A stretch of 64,000 nt of DNA, taken from positions 4,520-68,519 of the forward strand of contig CAYUIR010000001.1 in NCBI GenBank assembly GCA_964444815.1, read 5' to 3'. Both the position numbers and the translations under genes were made by a program. Origin of the DNA: an uncultured Bdellovibrionales bacterium. Its GTDB lineage: Bacteria; Patescibacteriota; Minisyncoccia; Moranbacterales; UBA1568. Positions 9,066-17,610 of the stretch are shown in pieces. A model generated the notes under the pieces. The model saw only the letters and a program-made list of their open reading frames with translations, had not been told where the DNA came from and did not search any database. Position 1 is the stretch's first letter, and the number at the start of each line of letters is the position of its first letter.

Positions 9066-10214
9066 TTAGGCGCCACCAAAGCGAGCGAGGAGGCGCTGTT
9101 TGATTTGGGAGAGGAGGGTCAGCATGTTCTCTCGGTTCTTGGCTGTTTCAAATGAAGCCGTGATGGCATTCATATCGATAGCGGTGCCACTTCTGATAGA
9201 AAGTTCAAAATCATTACCATAGAGAGTAGGGAGGGCGATCGGGAGTTCACAGAGGAGTGCCGTACCCCAGACATTGGGTGTGAGCGTGCAGGAGAGAGTG
9301 GTTTCACTCGCCGTGGTAGAAACGAGGATTGGATAGGTAGTATGTGTGAGGAGAAAGTCACGGTATGGGCTAGCGGGCAACGGACGCTTGGTACCTTCTC
9401 CGATAATGAAGTAGGTATCATTGTCGATATCTCGGAGAATTGTCCCATCGGGATGCGCGGCACCAAGGAGGATGATGCGACCACGCTCATAGACACCGAG
9501 CTCTTCTTCGCTCACGCTCACGACATCTTCAAAGTGGTACCCGAGCGCGAGAAATATTTCGGCACTTCCCACCGGGCGCACCTCGGTCTCGCTCACCACG
9601 ATAAAGACACCGGTAGCGTTGCCGAGGAGCGAGCCGACGCGGAAACCGAGCCACTGCTCTGAGATGGGATAGAGAGTGAGGAGCGACCGATCGGCCGGTA
9701 CGGCTCGTCCCTCCGGGAGGCGCGAAAGGTAGGCGGCTTGGCTCACAAAGGGATAGAGTACACCATCACGGAGGGCGTAGTAGGTATCGTCGAGTCGGTA
9801 GGCGGTCTCGGTAGGGAAGTCAGTGACGGGTGCACCGGTCGGATACAAAAAACTCTGATACGAGCGCCGAACAGAAAAATCAAGCGTCTCGGGAAAGGCG
9901 GATTTCTTTTCGAGGTTGGCTCGGACGGAGAGGAGGGAGAAATCACCTACTACGGTGGTGTCAGCGATCATGCGACCACCGGCTTCGATCTTGCCATTTT
10001 CGCGAGGCGTAGCGTCAGGTGCTCGTGGATGGAGGATGGTGTTTTTGCTTGATCCAGGCGAGCGGAAATCAAACTGCTGGGTGATCACCGGAAAGAGGAC
10101 CCGGAGCGCCATATATATCGTGACCATGGCAATCAAGAGGTAGAGGAGGCCGCGGAGCGCGAGATACGTATGGCGCCAGGGCTTGGCAATGGGGAGCGGG
10201 TAGAGGAAAGACAT
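9066..10214 (-). CDS. Membrane-anchored hypothetical surface protein
   Basis: N-terminal TM, internal repeated modules (Y/FIV...RP..S...FLALG, HPDGTIL). Confidence 0.8.
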   Translation of the reverse strand: MSFLYPLPIAKPWRHTYLALRGLLYLLIAMVTIYMALRVLFPVITQQFDFRSPGSSKNTILHPRAPDATPRENGKIEAGGRMIADTTVVGDFSLLSVRANLEKKSAFPETLDFSVRRSYQSFLYPTGAPVTDFPTETAYRLDDTYYALRDGVLYPFVSQAAYLSRLPEGRAVPADRSLLTLYPISEQWLGFRVGSLLGNATGVFIVVSETEVRPVGSAEIFLALGYHFEDVVSVSEEELGVYERGRIILLGAAHPDGTILRDIDNDTYFIIGEGTKRPLPASPYRDFLLTHTTYPILVSTTASETTLSCTLTPNVWGTALLCELPIALPTLYGNDFELSIRSGTAIDMNAITASFETAKNRENMLTLLSQIKQRLLARFGGA

Positions 10215-10215
10215 A

Positions 10216-11994
10216 CTAGTAGAGTTGAAAAAGAGTGTTTTTGGTTTCTATCGTGGTCGCGGTGGGGAGACGGAGTGCATCAGAGAGCGTGAGGTTTTCG
10301 AATTGATTGAGGACAAAGTTGATAGATTTGACATAGACGAGGCGCTCACCAAAGACCGCTGCATAGCGAGACTGACTCTCTTCGGGCACGAGGAGGTAGA
10401 CGCGGGTGAAGCGACTGGTGTCGAGGGCAGCGAGGTCGTAGGGATTGAAGAAGTACACGGTATTTTTGCCGGAGAGGAATTGTCCGGGACCGGAGAGCAT
10501 GGTGAATCCGTCCCCGGTCGCATGGCGATCGACCAAGATGAGGTCCGTATCAGTGAAACCCTCGGTCACGGTCGCCACTTGTTCGCGTAGTCCGCGCGCT
10601 TCGGCATAGAACAGTTGGGAGCGCCAGGCCGGGAACTCGAGGATGAGGAGGCCAGCGATAATGAGCGAGACAAAGATGAGTCTCTTGCCACCAGGTTGTT
10701 CGATCGGGAGGGAGCGCTTTCTCGCAAAAAGGAGACCGATAGTGAGCGTGGTCGCGACGAGAAGCGTCGGAAAGAGAGTAAAGAGATAGCGCCTGAGCAT
10801 CCAGGGATGATCAAGCGTGATATTGGGGAGGAAGAGATAGAGAAATGTCGGGAGGGCGAGATAGGCCGGGAGGAGGAGCTCGTAGTGCTTGTATCTGACA
10901 AAGAGGAGGAGGCCAAAGAGTCCAAAGAGCGCGAGCGCGAGAAAGCCGTAGAGAAAAAAGACAGAACCAATATGGACGGAGCTCATATCGCCTAATACAC
11001 GGGCGTTTTCATCGAAGCGGCCGAGAAATTTGAGGAGCGCCTTGCCAATCATCTTGTAGTACGGCACATTCAAGAAAAAGTCACGGAGGAAGACAAAGAG
11101 AAACAAAAGTCCCGGGAGAATGAGGGTCTGCCAGGGAGCACTGCGCCAGAGGGCTCGACCTCGCGGATGGCAGAGGAGCAGGATGAGAGTCAATCCTAAA
11201 AAGGCAAATCCTTCGATGCGGGTAAAAGCGAAGAGGGAGCTAGAGAGGAGGATACTCACGTAGGCGAGTCGGGTGCCCTGGCGGAGGAAAAGCGTGAGCG
11301 AGTAGGCGAGGAAGACAAAGAGGAAGAGCGCCAGGTTTTCGGAGAGGGTAGACTTGGCGAACCAGTTAGGGAGGAAAGAGAAGAGGGCGAGGAGGAGTCC
11401 GGCCCAAGCATAAAACTGGTCGGCAAAGAGTCGAATCAATTGGTAGAGAAAAAAGAATGAGAGAAAGAGGAGGACGGCGTTCCCGATGGCATAGCCAGTG
11501 ACACCGAAGAGCGAGATGAAGCTCCCGAGCCAAGCGGTATAGGCGAGAGGGAATTGGGTGATGAGTGTGCCCTCCTTGGTGTAGGCAAAGCCAGGGAAGT
11601 TGAGAGCTGTCCCTTCACCGTAGATAGCAAAAAATGCCTCGCTTGCCGGAGAACTAAAGGGGAGGCGTGTTTCGGCTGCTAGGCGATAGGCAGCTTCGGC
11701 GATTGAGCCCTGATCACGTCCTGAGAAGAGCGTGGGCTCACTTGAGAGTGTCACCGTGAGAGTCGCAAAGAGGATGACCCCGAGGAGAATGAGGAGAGAC
11801 CAGTGTGAGCGTTTGGCGAGACGGTAGAGGATGAGGAGAGCGAGACCGAGGGAGAGGACGAAACCGACGGCTATGAGGGGAAAGAGAAACAGGCTCCCCA
11901 AGGTGAGGGTGAGTGCGAACCAGCCATAGACGACAAAGGTCAATCCAAAAAGGACGAGGAGACCATCGCTTTTCTCAAAATGAGGCAGTTTCAT
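10216..11994 (-). CDS. Multi-TM GT-C-like (ArnT/PMT-type) membrane protein
   Basis: >12 TM segments, loop motif GRDQG, LSEN and TRIEG motifs; ATG 11994 preferred. Confidence 0.7.
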   Translation of the reverse strand: MKLPHFEKSDGLLVLFGLTFVVYGWFALTLTLGSLFLFPLIAVGFVLSLGLALLILYRLAKRSHWSLLILLGVILFATLTVTLSSEPTLFSGRDQGSIAEAAYRLAAETRLPFSSPASEAFFAIYGEGTALNFPGFAYTKEGTLITQFPLAYTAWLGSFISLFGVTGYAIGNAVLLFLSFFFLYQLIRLFADQFYAWAGLLLALFSFLPNWFAKSTLSENLALFLFVFLAYSLTLFLRQGTRLAYVSILLSSSLFAFTRIEGFAFLGLTLILLLCHPRGRALWRSAPWQTLILPGLLFLFVFLRDFFLNVPYYKMIGKALLKFLGRFDENARVLGDMSSVHIGSVFFLYGFLALALFGLFGLLLFVRYKHYELLLPAYLALPTFLYLFLPNITLDHPWMLRRYLFTLFPTLLVATTLTIGLLFARKRSLPIEQPGGKRLIFVSLIIAGLLILEFPAWRSQLFYAEARGLREQVATVTEGFTDTDLILVDRHATGDGFTMLSGPGQFLSGKNTVYFFNPYDLAALDTSRFTRVYLLVPEESQSRYAAVFGERLVYVKSINFVLNQFENLTLSDALRLPTATTIETKNTLFQLY

Positions 11995-12102
11995 AGTACC
12001 TCCAGTATACCGTAAAAGCGCTTCTTGTTCCATCTCCATATACTTGGTTTGCCAAGGGAAACTCGTCGGGCTACAATAGAGGAAATTGCTTATATTCCCA
12101 AG

Positions 12103-13287
12103 ATGAATATTCTTGTTGTGGCGCCGACGCCGTTTTTTTCTGATCGGGGGACCCATATCCGTATCCTCGAAGAAGCGCTCGCCCTCGAAAAGCGTGGTCA
12201 TGAGGTGACGATCGCTACGTACCACATCGGCCAAAACTTGCCAGAGCATCTCGGATCACATATCGATGTCCGCCGTATCAGGCGACTTTTGTTTTGGTAC
12301 AAGAAATTGGAAGCGGGCCCAGACTGGCAAAAGATCATTCTCGATCTCCTCCTTATCAAAAAGGTGTTTTTCTTGGCGCGGACCAAGCGCCCCGACATCA
12401 TCCATGCTCATCTCCATGAGGGAGCGCTCATCGCCTGGATCGTGCAAAAGATGCTCTTCTGGCGCGGAATCAAGGTGGTAGCGGATTTCCATGGCAGTCT
12501 GACCAAGGAGATGGTGTCGCACAAATACCTCCGTGCTTCTGGTCTCGAGCGCTTATTTCGCTTTGTGGAAGAGTGGATTGACACCCTGGGAGATGCTGCT
12601 GTCGCGAGTTCGTGGAATAACGCGGAGGAGATCGCTCGGATTCGCGGAACCAAAGTCGAGGTACTCCTCGATGGGACACGTCTCTCGATGTTTGAGGGTC
12701 TACCTGAGCGTTCTCTGATTCGAGAGGAGTATGGTGTCCCCGAGTCAGCCGTCGTCGTGACCTACACGGGGGCCTTTATCCGGAACAAAGGCATCAATTT
12801 CTTTCTCGAAGCCATGCCACAAGTAGCCAAGGAATGTCCTACCGCTCATTTTGTCCTTGCTGGTTTCCCACTTGATCTCATCGAGCATGACATCCCCGAG
12901 GCGCTTCGGACACGTGTGACTATCGTGAGTCCCTCGCCGTACTTTGATCTGCCTCGGATCCTCCGGATGAGTGACATCGGGGTCGATCCCAAAGATGAGG
13001 CGACCCGAGAGGCGAGTGGTAAGACGCTTCAGTATATGGGAGCAGGACTACCGGTCGCGTGCTTTGCGACGGGTAACAATCGTGAATATCTTGGCGAGGG
13101 TGGTACTTTTGCCGAGACCGTGACGGCGAGCGCTTTGGCCGAGGCTATCCTCGTCCTGGCCAATGACGTGTCACTGTGTGCCAAGAAGGGTGCAATCAAC
13201 CGTACCCGAGCCGAGGATTTCAGTTGGGAGAAAAGCGCCGAGAAAGTAGAGGGGATGTATCAGTCACTTTTGAGACAACCATCATGA
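12103..13287 (+). CDS. Glycosyltransferase family 4
   Basis: MNILVVAPTPFFSDRG, HAHLHEG, YTG..NKG, KTLQYMGAGLPV. Confidence 0.88.
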   Translation: MNILVVAPTPFFSDRGTHIRILEEALALEKRGHEVTIATYHIGQNLPEHLGSHIDVRRIRRLLFWYKKLEAGPDWQKIILDLLLIKKVFFLARTKRPDIIHAHLHEGALIAWIVQKMLFWRGIKVVADFHGSLTKEMVSHKYLRASGLERLFRFVEEWIDTLGDAAVASSWNNAEEIARIRGTKVEVLLDGTRLSMFEGLPERSLIREEYGVPESAVVVTYTGAFIRNKGINFFLEAMPQVAKECPTAHFVLAGFPLDLIEHDIPEALRTRVTIVSPSPYFDLPRILRMSDIGVDPKDEATREASGKTLQYMGAGLPVACFATGNNREYLGEGGTFAETVTASALAEAILVLANDVSLCAKKGAINRTRAEDFSWEKSAEKVEGMYQSLLRQPS

Positions 13288-14471
13288 ATCTTTGGCGGAT
13301 CAAATTAGGCAAAGCCTGGAATGTCCTCAAGCGGGACGGACTCTGGCGGGGTGGGATGCGGGTGCTTACAGCCTTCGGTCAGTTGTTTCGGCGCGTCCGG
13401 CCAGGCGATATCCTCTTTATCTCGAATGGTGTCGGTGATAGTGCTCGCTATCGAACCGTGCATGTGGCTGAGGAGCTTGAGCAGGCTCACTTTCGGACGG
13501 CAGTGACGGTCCAGGACAATCCATTTCTCTCGTCCTATGCCGACCAGTTTTCAGTCTTTGTGTTTCATCGCGTGCTCTACACTGATCAGATTGCATCCTT
13601 TGTGGCTCGGCTCAAAGCACTCAAAAAGACGATTGTCTTTGAGACAGACGACCTCGTGTATGACCCCGAGTTTCTCCGGCACATGGACTATTACACTCAG
13701 ATGAATCCCTGGGAGAAGAAACTTTATGAGCATGGTTTGGGAGGGGAGATACTCAGTGATCCGTATGTCAAGGTGGCGACGACGACTACTTCGTTTCTGG
13801 CGGACAAGCTCCGTGAGCGAGGGAAGCAGGTTTTTGTGGTACGCAACAAACTTTCGAAGCAAGACCTCCTCTGGGCCGCCGATGCTTTGGTCAAGAAAGC
13901 TAACAGCTATAAGCTATCAGTCACTCATCCTATCCGTATTGGGTATCTCTCTGGTACTCCGAGTCACAACAAGGACTTTGCCACGATTACCCAGGCGCTG
14001 GTATCAATTCTGGAGCGTTATCCAATTGTCCGGCTCGTGCTCGCCGGGCCACTCGATACGGAGAGTGCCCTTCAGAAATTTGCCGACCGGATCGAACGGG
14101 TGCCGTTTGTGCCTCGGAGTGAACTCTTTGGGGTGATTGCGTCCCTTGATATCAATCTCGCGCCACTTGAAATCGGTAACCCTTTCTGTGAGTCCAAGTC
14201 GGAGCTCAAGTGGTTCGAAGCGGGTATTGTTGGCGTGCCCACGGTGGCTACTGCCACCCAGACGTTTCGTGAGGCGATCACCGATGGCGTGGATGGATAT
14301 GTCGCGTCGACCGAGAGTGAATGGCAGGAGAAATTGGCCCGACTCATCACTGATTCTGTGGCGCGACAGGCGATGGGTGCCCGAGCTCGCGAGACCGTGC
14401 TCGCCAAGTACGTGACCAGCGCTGGTGACCCAGCCTACGCCGAATATTTGCGACAGAGAGTCTCAAAATAG
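13284..14471 (+). CDS. Glycosyltransferase (GT4-like, KSELKWFE subtype)
   Basis: SARYR, FETDDLV, SGTPSHNKDF, NLAPLE..FCESKSELKWFEAG; ATGA overlap with upstream gene. Confidence 0.88.
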   Translation: MNLWRIKLGKAWNVLKRDGLWRGGMRVLTAFGQLFRRVRPGDILFISNGVGDSARYRTVHVAEELEQAHFRTAVTVQDNPFLSSYADQFSVFVFHRVLYTDQIASFVARLKALKKTIVFETDDLVYDPEFLRHMDYYTQMNPWEKKLYEHGLGGEILSDPYVKVATTTTSFLADKLRERGKQVFVVRNKLSKQDLLWAADALVKKANSYKLSVTHPIRIGYLSGTPSHNKDFATITQALVSILERYPIVRLVLAGPLDTESALQKFADRIERVPFVPRSELFGVIASLDINLAPLEIGNPFCESKSELKWFEAGIVGVPTVATATQTFREAITDGVDGYVASTESEWQEKLARLITDSVARQAMGARARETVLAKYVTSAGDPAYAEYLRQRVSK

Positions 14472-14494
14472 GTGATCTTGTTCGGAAAAATATG

Positions 14495-14527
14495 AGACGA
14501 GTATCGTGGATGGATACTCGTCTTTTT
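14495..14527 (+). terminator. Rho-independent terminator
   Basis: AGACGAGTATC ... GATACTCGTCT + T run. Confidence 0.75.
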
Positions 14528-14530
14528 GTC

Positions 14531-14559
14531 TTGACAAGAAAGTAAAAAAGTGTTACGGT
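14531..14559 (+). promoter_or_regulatory. Sigma70-type promoter
   Basis: TTGACA-17 nt-TACGGT with TGn extension. Confidence 0.55.
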
Positions 14560-14590
14560 TTCGCTACCCTTAGCAACCGCAGGAGCGGAA

Positions 14591-15487
14591 ATGACAGATA
14601 TGAGGAGGCCGAGAACTCTCGGCTCAGTAGCGTTTGATGGCGCTTATGGCAATCGCGCGCCCTCGATTCTCGTGGCAGCGGTAAAGCCTGAGCGCGAGGA
14701 AGGCACGTGGAGGATCGAGATTGGAAGCGACGCGCTCTGTGCGACGAATGTCGATGCACTCGATCACTTGACGCGGAGTGTCATGCTTCGCAATACGATG
14801 GGTCAAGAAGCATTTGGACTCTATGGTTTTGCCCATCTGGCCCTTTCCCTCAACTTCACCGATCAGCCGAGACCGCTTCTGGTCGTGATCGAGCGTTCGT
14901 GGGGAACGGCAGCGTATCCACGGCATCTTTCGCTTCCGTACGGGACTGCGGAGGGCATCGAGGAGCTGCTTGACCCTTGGCTCATCGCCAACCGCAGCTT
15001 CGGGCAGCAAATCGCCATTGGCATTGGCTCGGAGGGATATCTCCGGATGGGGAATGACCAGGATCATGCAGCCGAGGCGATAAGCCGTCTCAATCTCACG
15101 CCGGTTCGGCACGGTGTACGCTGGCAGACACCCGTTGCGGCTACGGACGCGCTCATCGCCTGCGTGACCGATAGTGTGGGACACAGGACGAGGATGAAAC
15201 GCCATACGTGCCTGATTCATCCGGACACGTCGAGCGCTCGCATCGAACTAGTGTATCTCCGAGCGATCGAATTCCCGGGTACGCTCGAAAAATGTCAGTT
15301 GCGGGATACGAACGTCGCCGTGGAGACGAATTGTCCAGTCCATCTCATCGACTATGACGGCAGAGTCGTCGCGTCGTTCGAGAACGGGAAACGCGTAGCG
15401 ACGAACTTTCCTTTGCTCGTGAAGCCCGACCTGGCCCATACACTGATGTATCTGCGCCAACACCATCAAGCGGCCGTGCCGGTGTAG
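14591..15487 (+). CDS. Hypothetical protein (298 aa), possible degenerate Nudix-like segment
   Basis: SD AGGAG 14581-14585, promoter and terminator; LSLPYGTAEGIEELLDPWLIANRSFGQQIAI loosely resembles a Nudix box. Confidence 0.75.
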   Translation: MTDMRRPRTLGSVAFDGAYGNRAPSILVAAVKPEREEGTWRIEIGSDALCATNVDALDHLTRSVMLRNTMGQEAFGLYGFAHLALSLNFTDQPRPLLVVIERSWGTAAYPRHLSLPYGTAEGIEELLDPWLIANRSFGQQIAIGIGSEGYLRMGNDQDHAAEAISRLNLTPVRHGVRWQTPVAATDALIACVTDSVGHRTRMKRHTCLIHPDTSSARIELVYLRAIEFPGTLEKCQLRDTNVAVETNCPVHLIDYDGRVVASFENGKRVATNFPLLVKPDLAHTLMYLRQHHQAAVPV

Positions 15488-15508
15488 TTCGCCCGCAGTC
15501 AGGCCATT

Positions 15509-15550
15509 GCGTATCGATCCGGATCCTCGGGTTGGTACGCTTTTTCTTTT
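15509..15550 (+). terminator. Rho-independent terminator
   Basis: GCGTATCGATCCG ... CGGGTTGGTACGC (with G-U pairs) + T-rich tail. Confidence 0.7.
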
Positions 15551-15606
15551 GAAGCAAAATGGCGCATGGTATATACTAGGAGAGTAATTGGCTAGCGACT
15601 CAATGT

Positions 15607-16563
15607 ATGAAAGTACTCATCACTGGAGGGGCAGGATTTATAGGCTCAGCAACCGCGCGGGCACTGATGGAGCGAGGTGATACGCCCATACTCATCGACA
15701 ACTTCAACGACTACTACGACCCTCGGATTAAAGAGGACCGCATCAAGAAGTTTCTCAAAGCCTACAAAGGTGGGTTCAAGTTGTACCGGGGTGACATCCG
15801 CGATGCGAAATTTCTCGAAAAGGTGTTCAAGAAAGAGAAACCAGAAAAAGTAGTCCATCTCGCGGCTATGGCTGGAGTCCGGAATAGTCTCAAGAATCCA
15901 GCCCTCTATGTTGATGTGAATGTCATGGGGACGACACTCCTCCTCGATTTCTCGGTCAAGTACGGAATCAAGAATTTCCTCTACGCTTCGTCTTCATCAG
16001 TCTATGGCAACAACAAGAAACTACCGTTTTCGGAAACTGATCCGGTAGATACCCCTATTTCGCCGTACGCCGCCACCAAGAAGGCGACCGAGCTCCTGGC
16101 TCATGTCTACAGTCATATCCACAGTCTCCCGACCACAGGACTCCGGTTTTTCACCGTTTACGGCCCATGGGGACGACCGGATATGGCTCTCTTTGATTTT
16201 ACTCGGGCGATCTTTGCCGATGAAACTATCAAGGTCTACAATCGTGGCAACATGACCCGGAACTTTACCTATATCGATGACATTGTCTCGGGTATCCTCA
16301 CCTGTCTCGATAAAAACCTCCCGTGTGCCCTCATGAATATCGGGGGAGACAAAGAAGAGAAGCTCACCCGGTTTATCGAGGTGATTGAAAAGAACGTGGG
16401 GAAGACGGCCAAGAAAAAACTGATGCCCATGCAACCAGGCGATGTCCCATCGACCGTGGCAGATATCAAGCGCTTGCGCAATCTGGGCTGGAAGCCGACC
16501 ACTCGTATCGATGAGGGGATCAAGAACTTTGTCGATTGGTACCGGGAGTACTTCGGGGTGTAG
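15607..16563 (+). CDS. NAD-dependent epimerase, UDP-glucuronate 4-epimerase-like
   Basis: TGGAGFIG, DNFNDYY, LAAMAGVR, YAATKK, LRFFTVYGPWGRPDMA, QPGDV. Confidence 0.92.
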   Translation: MKVLITGGAGFIGSATARALMERGDTPILIDNFNDYYDPRIKEDRIKKFLKAYKGGFKLYRGDIRDAKFLEKVFKKEKPEKVVHLAAMAGVRNSLKNPALYVDVNVMGTTLLLDFSVKYGIKNFLYASSSSVYGNNKKLPFSETDPVDTPISPYAATKKATELLAHVYSHIHSLPTTGLRFFTVYGPWGRPDMALFDFTRAIFADETIKVYNRGNMTRNFTYIDDIVSGILTCLDKNLPCALMNIGGDKEEKLTRFIEVIEKNVGKTAKKKLMPMQPGDVPSTVADIKRLRNLGWKPTTRIDEGIKNFVDWYREYFGV

Positions 16564-16576
16564 TCACGAACAGAGT

Positions 16577-16615
16577 AAAAAAGAAAAAGAGGCGGCCGGT
16601 ATCCGGTCGCCTTTT
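16577..16615. terminator. Bidirectional terminator
   Basis: A-run, GGCGGCCGG TAT CCGGTCGCC, T-run, between convergent ORFs. Confidence 0.75.
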
Positions 16616-16616
16616 G

Positions 16617-16964
16617 CTATGAGGCCGAACCCTTTTCGGCACGGCGCTCAGCAATTGTCCTGATGATGTGACAGGAGTGTCTCGGGATAGCGAAGAATCC
16701 GTCGAGTCTCGTATCACGCCAACTACGTCCGACGTCAAACGTGTTCCAGTACGTTTGCATCAGTTTGTGGCTCTGCATGGCTCGAAGTGCGTCCTGTGTT
16801 TTGATTAAAACGCAGTCCGGTCTGTCTTCGAAGATCTGACCGTCCATGAATTTTAGATGTAGCCAGGCAGTCAGTTGCCCATGAGGGTGGTGAAATACAC
16901 CGTTTACGTGCGCGGGAACCCTGACTACCCGCACCCGAACGTGTTGCGCAGGGGCGTGAGGCAT
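16617..16964 (-). CDS. Hypothetical protein (115 aa)
   Basis: SD AAGGAG 5 nt before ATG, terminator immediately after stop, candidate promoter TTTACA-17-GATACT at 17056-17028. Confidence 0.62.
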   Translation of the reverse strand: MPHAPAQHVRVRVVRVPAHVNGVFHHPHGQLTAWLHLKFMDGQIFEDRPDCVLIKTQDALRAMQSHKLMQTYWNTFDVGRSWRDTRLDGFFAIPRHSCHIIRTIAERRAEKGSAS

Positions 16965-17122
16965 CTGGTCTCCTTGAGTGTGGCGCCCTCGGAAGATTCC
17001 GGGGGTAGCACCTCAAGGCGACTGAGAAGTATCTCACAGATTGGTATTTTTGTAAAGATTGGGCCTGTCAGAAAAGGGGATTTTCGAGTAGAATACAGGT
17101 ATCTGGTGATAGGTGCACACCA

Positions 17123-17151
17123 TTGACAAAGTGTCAATTTTATGCTAGAAT
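17123..17151 (+). promoter_or_regulatory. rnpB promoter
   Basis: TTGACA-17 nt-TAGAAT with TGn. Confidence 0.75.
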
Positions 17152-17168
17152 AGACCGTTAACCGTTCC

Positions 17169-17567
17169 TTTCCAGAACAGATTGGATTATCGCGCGGCCA
17201 AGCCCTGAAAGGGGTCTGGAGCGAGGAAAGTCCGGACACTGAGCCACAGCGTAAGCAAGTGGCAAGGGTAATGGGTAACCCCCATACGCCGTGAGGCGCG
17301 AGGTGCGAGCAGAGACGCTCTTCTCCGAAAGGAGTGAGTATCCAGCAATGGATAAGTCTTCATATAAGTTCAGGGTTTACTCTGAGCGAAGTCGAAGAGT
17401 GAAACGGCTAAATCCTTACCTCGGTGCAAGGTCGTGCCTAGATCCTCTTGGAGCTCAAGAGGGGACGGGAGAACTGCAAAGATTCGGCTGGTAACAGTCG
17501 GACAAGATAAATGATAATCTCTGCTTTCGGGCAGAACAGAATCCGGCTTATAGATCTGTTTTGGAAA
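17169..17567 (+). ncRNA. rnpB: RNase P RNA
   Basis: GAGGAAAGTCCGG (P4 5'), GTGAAAC, ACAGAATCCGGCTTAT (P4 3'), P1 pairing TTTCCAGAACAGAT / ATCTGTTTTGGAAA. Confidence 0.95.
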
Positions 17568-17610
17568 AGAGCGTCTAACAGCGAGAGTCCAACTCCTTAA
17601 GACTTTTAGA

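Noticed and set aside
8522-10995. Acidic/Arg-Glu-rich plus-strand ORFs (8522, 10225, 10615; similarly 53252-54136)
   Set aside because: Antisense read-outs of Leu/Phe-rich (CTC/TTC) membrane-protein genes.
17291-17494. 67-aa ORF
   Set aside because: Lies inside rnpB; spurious.
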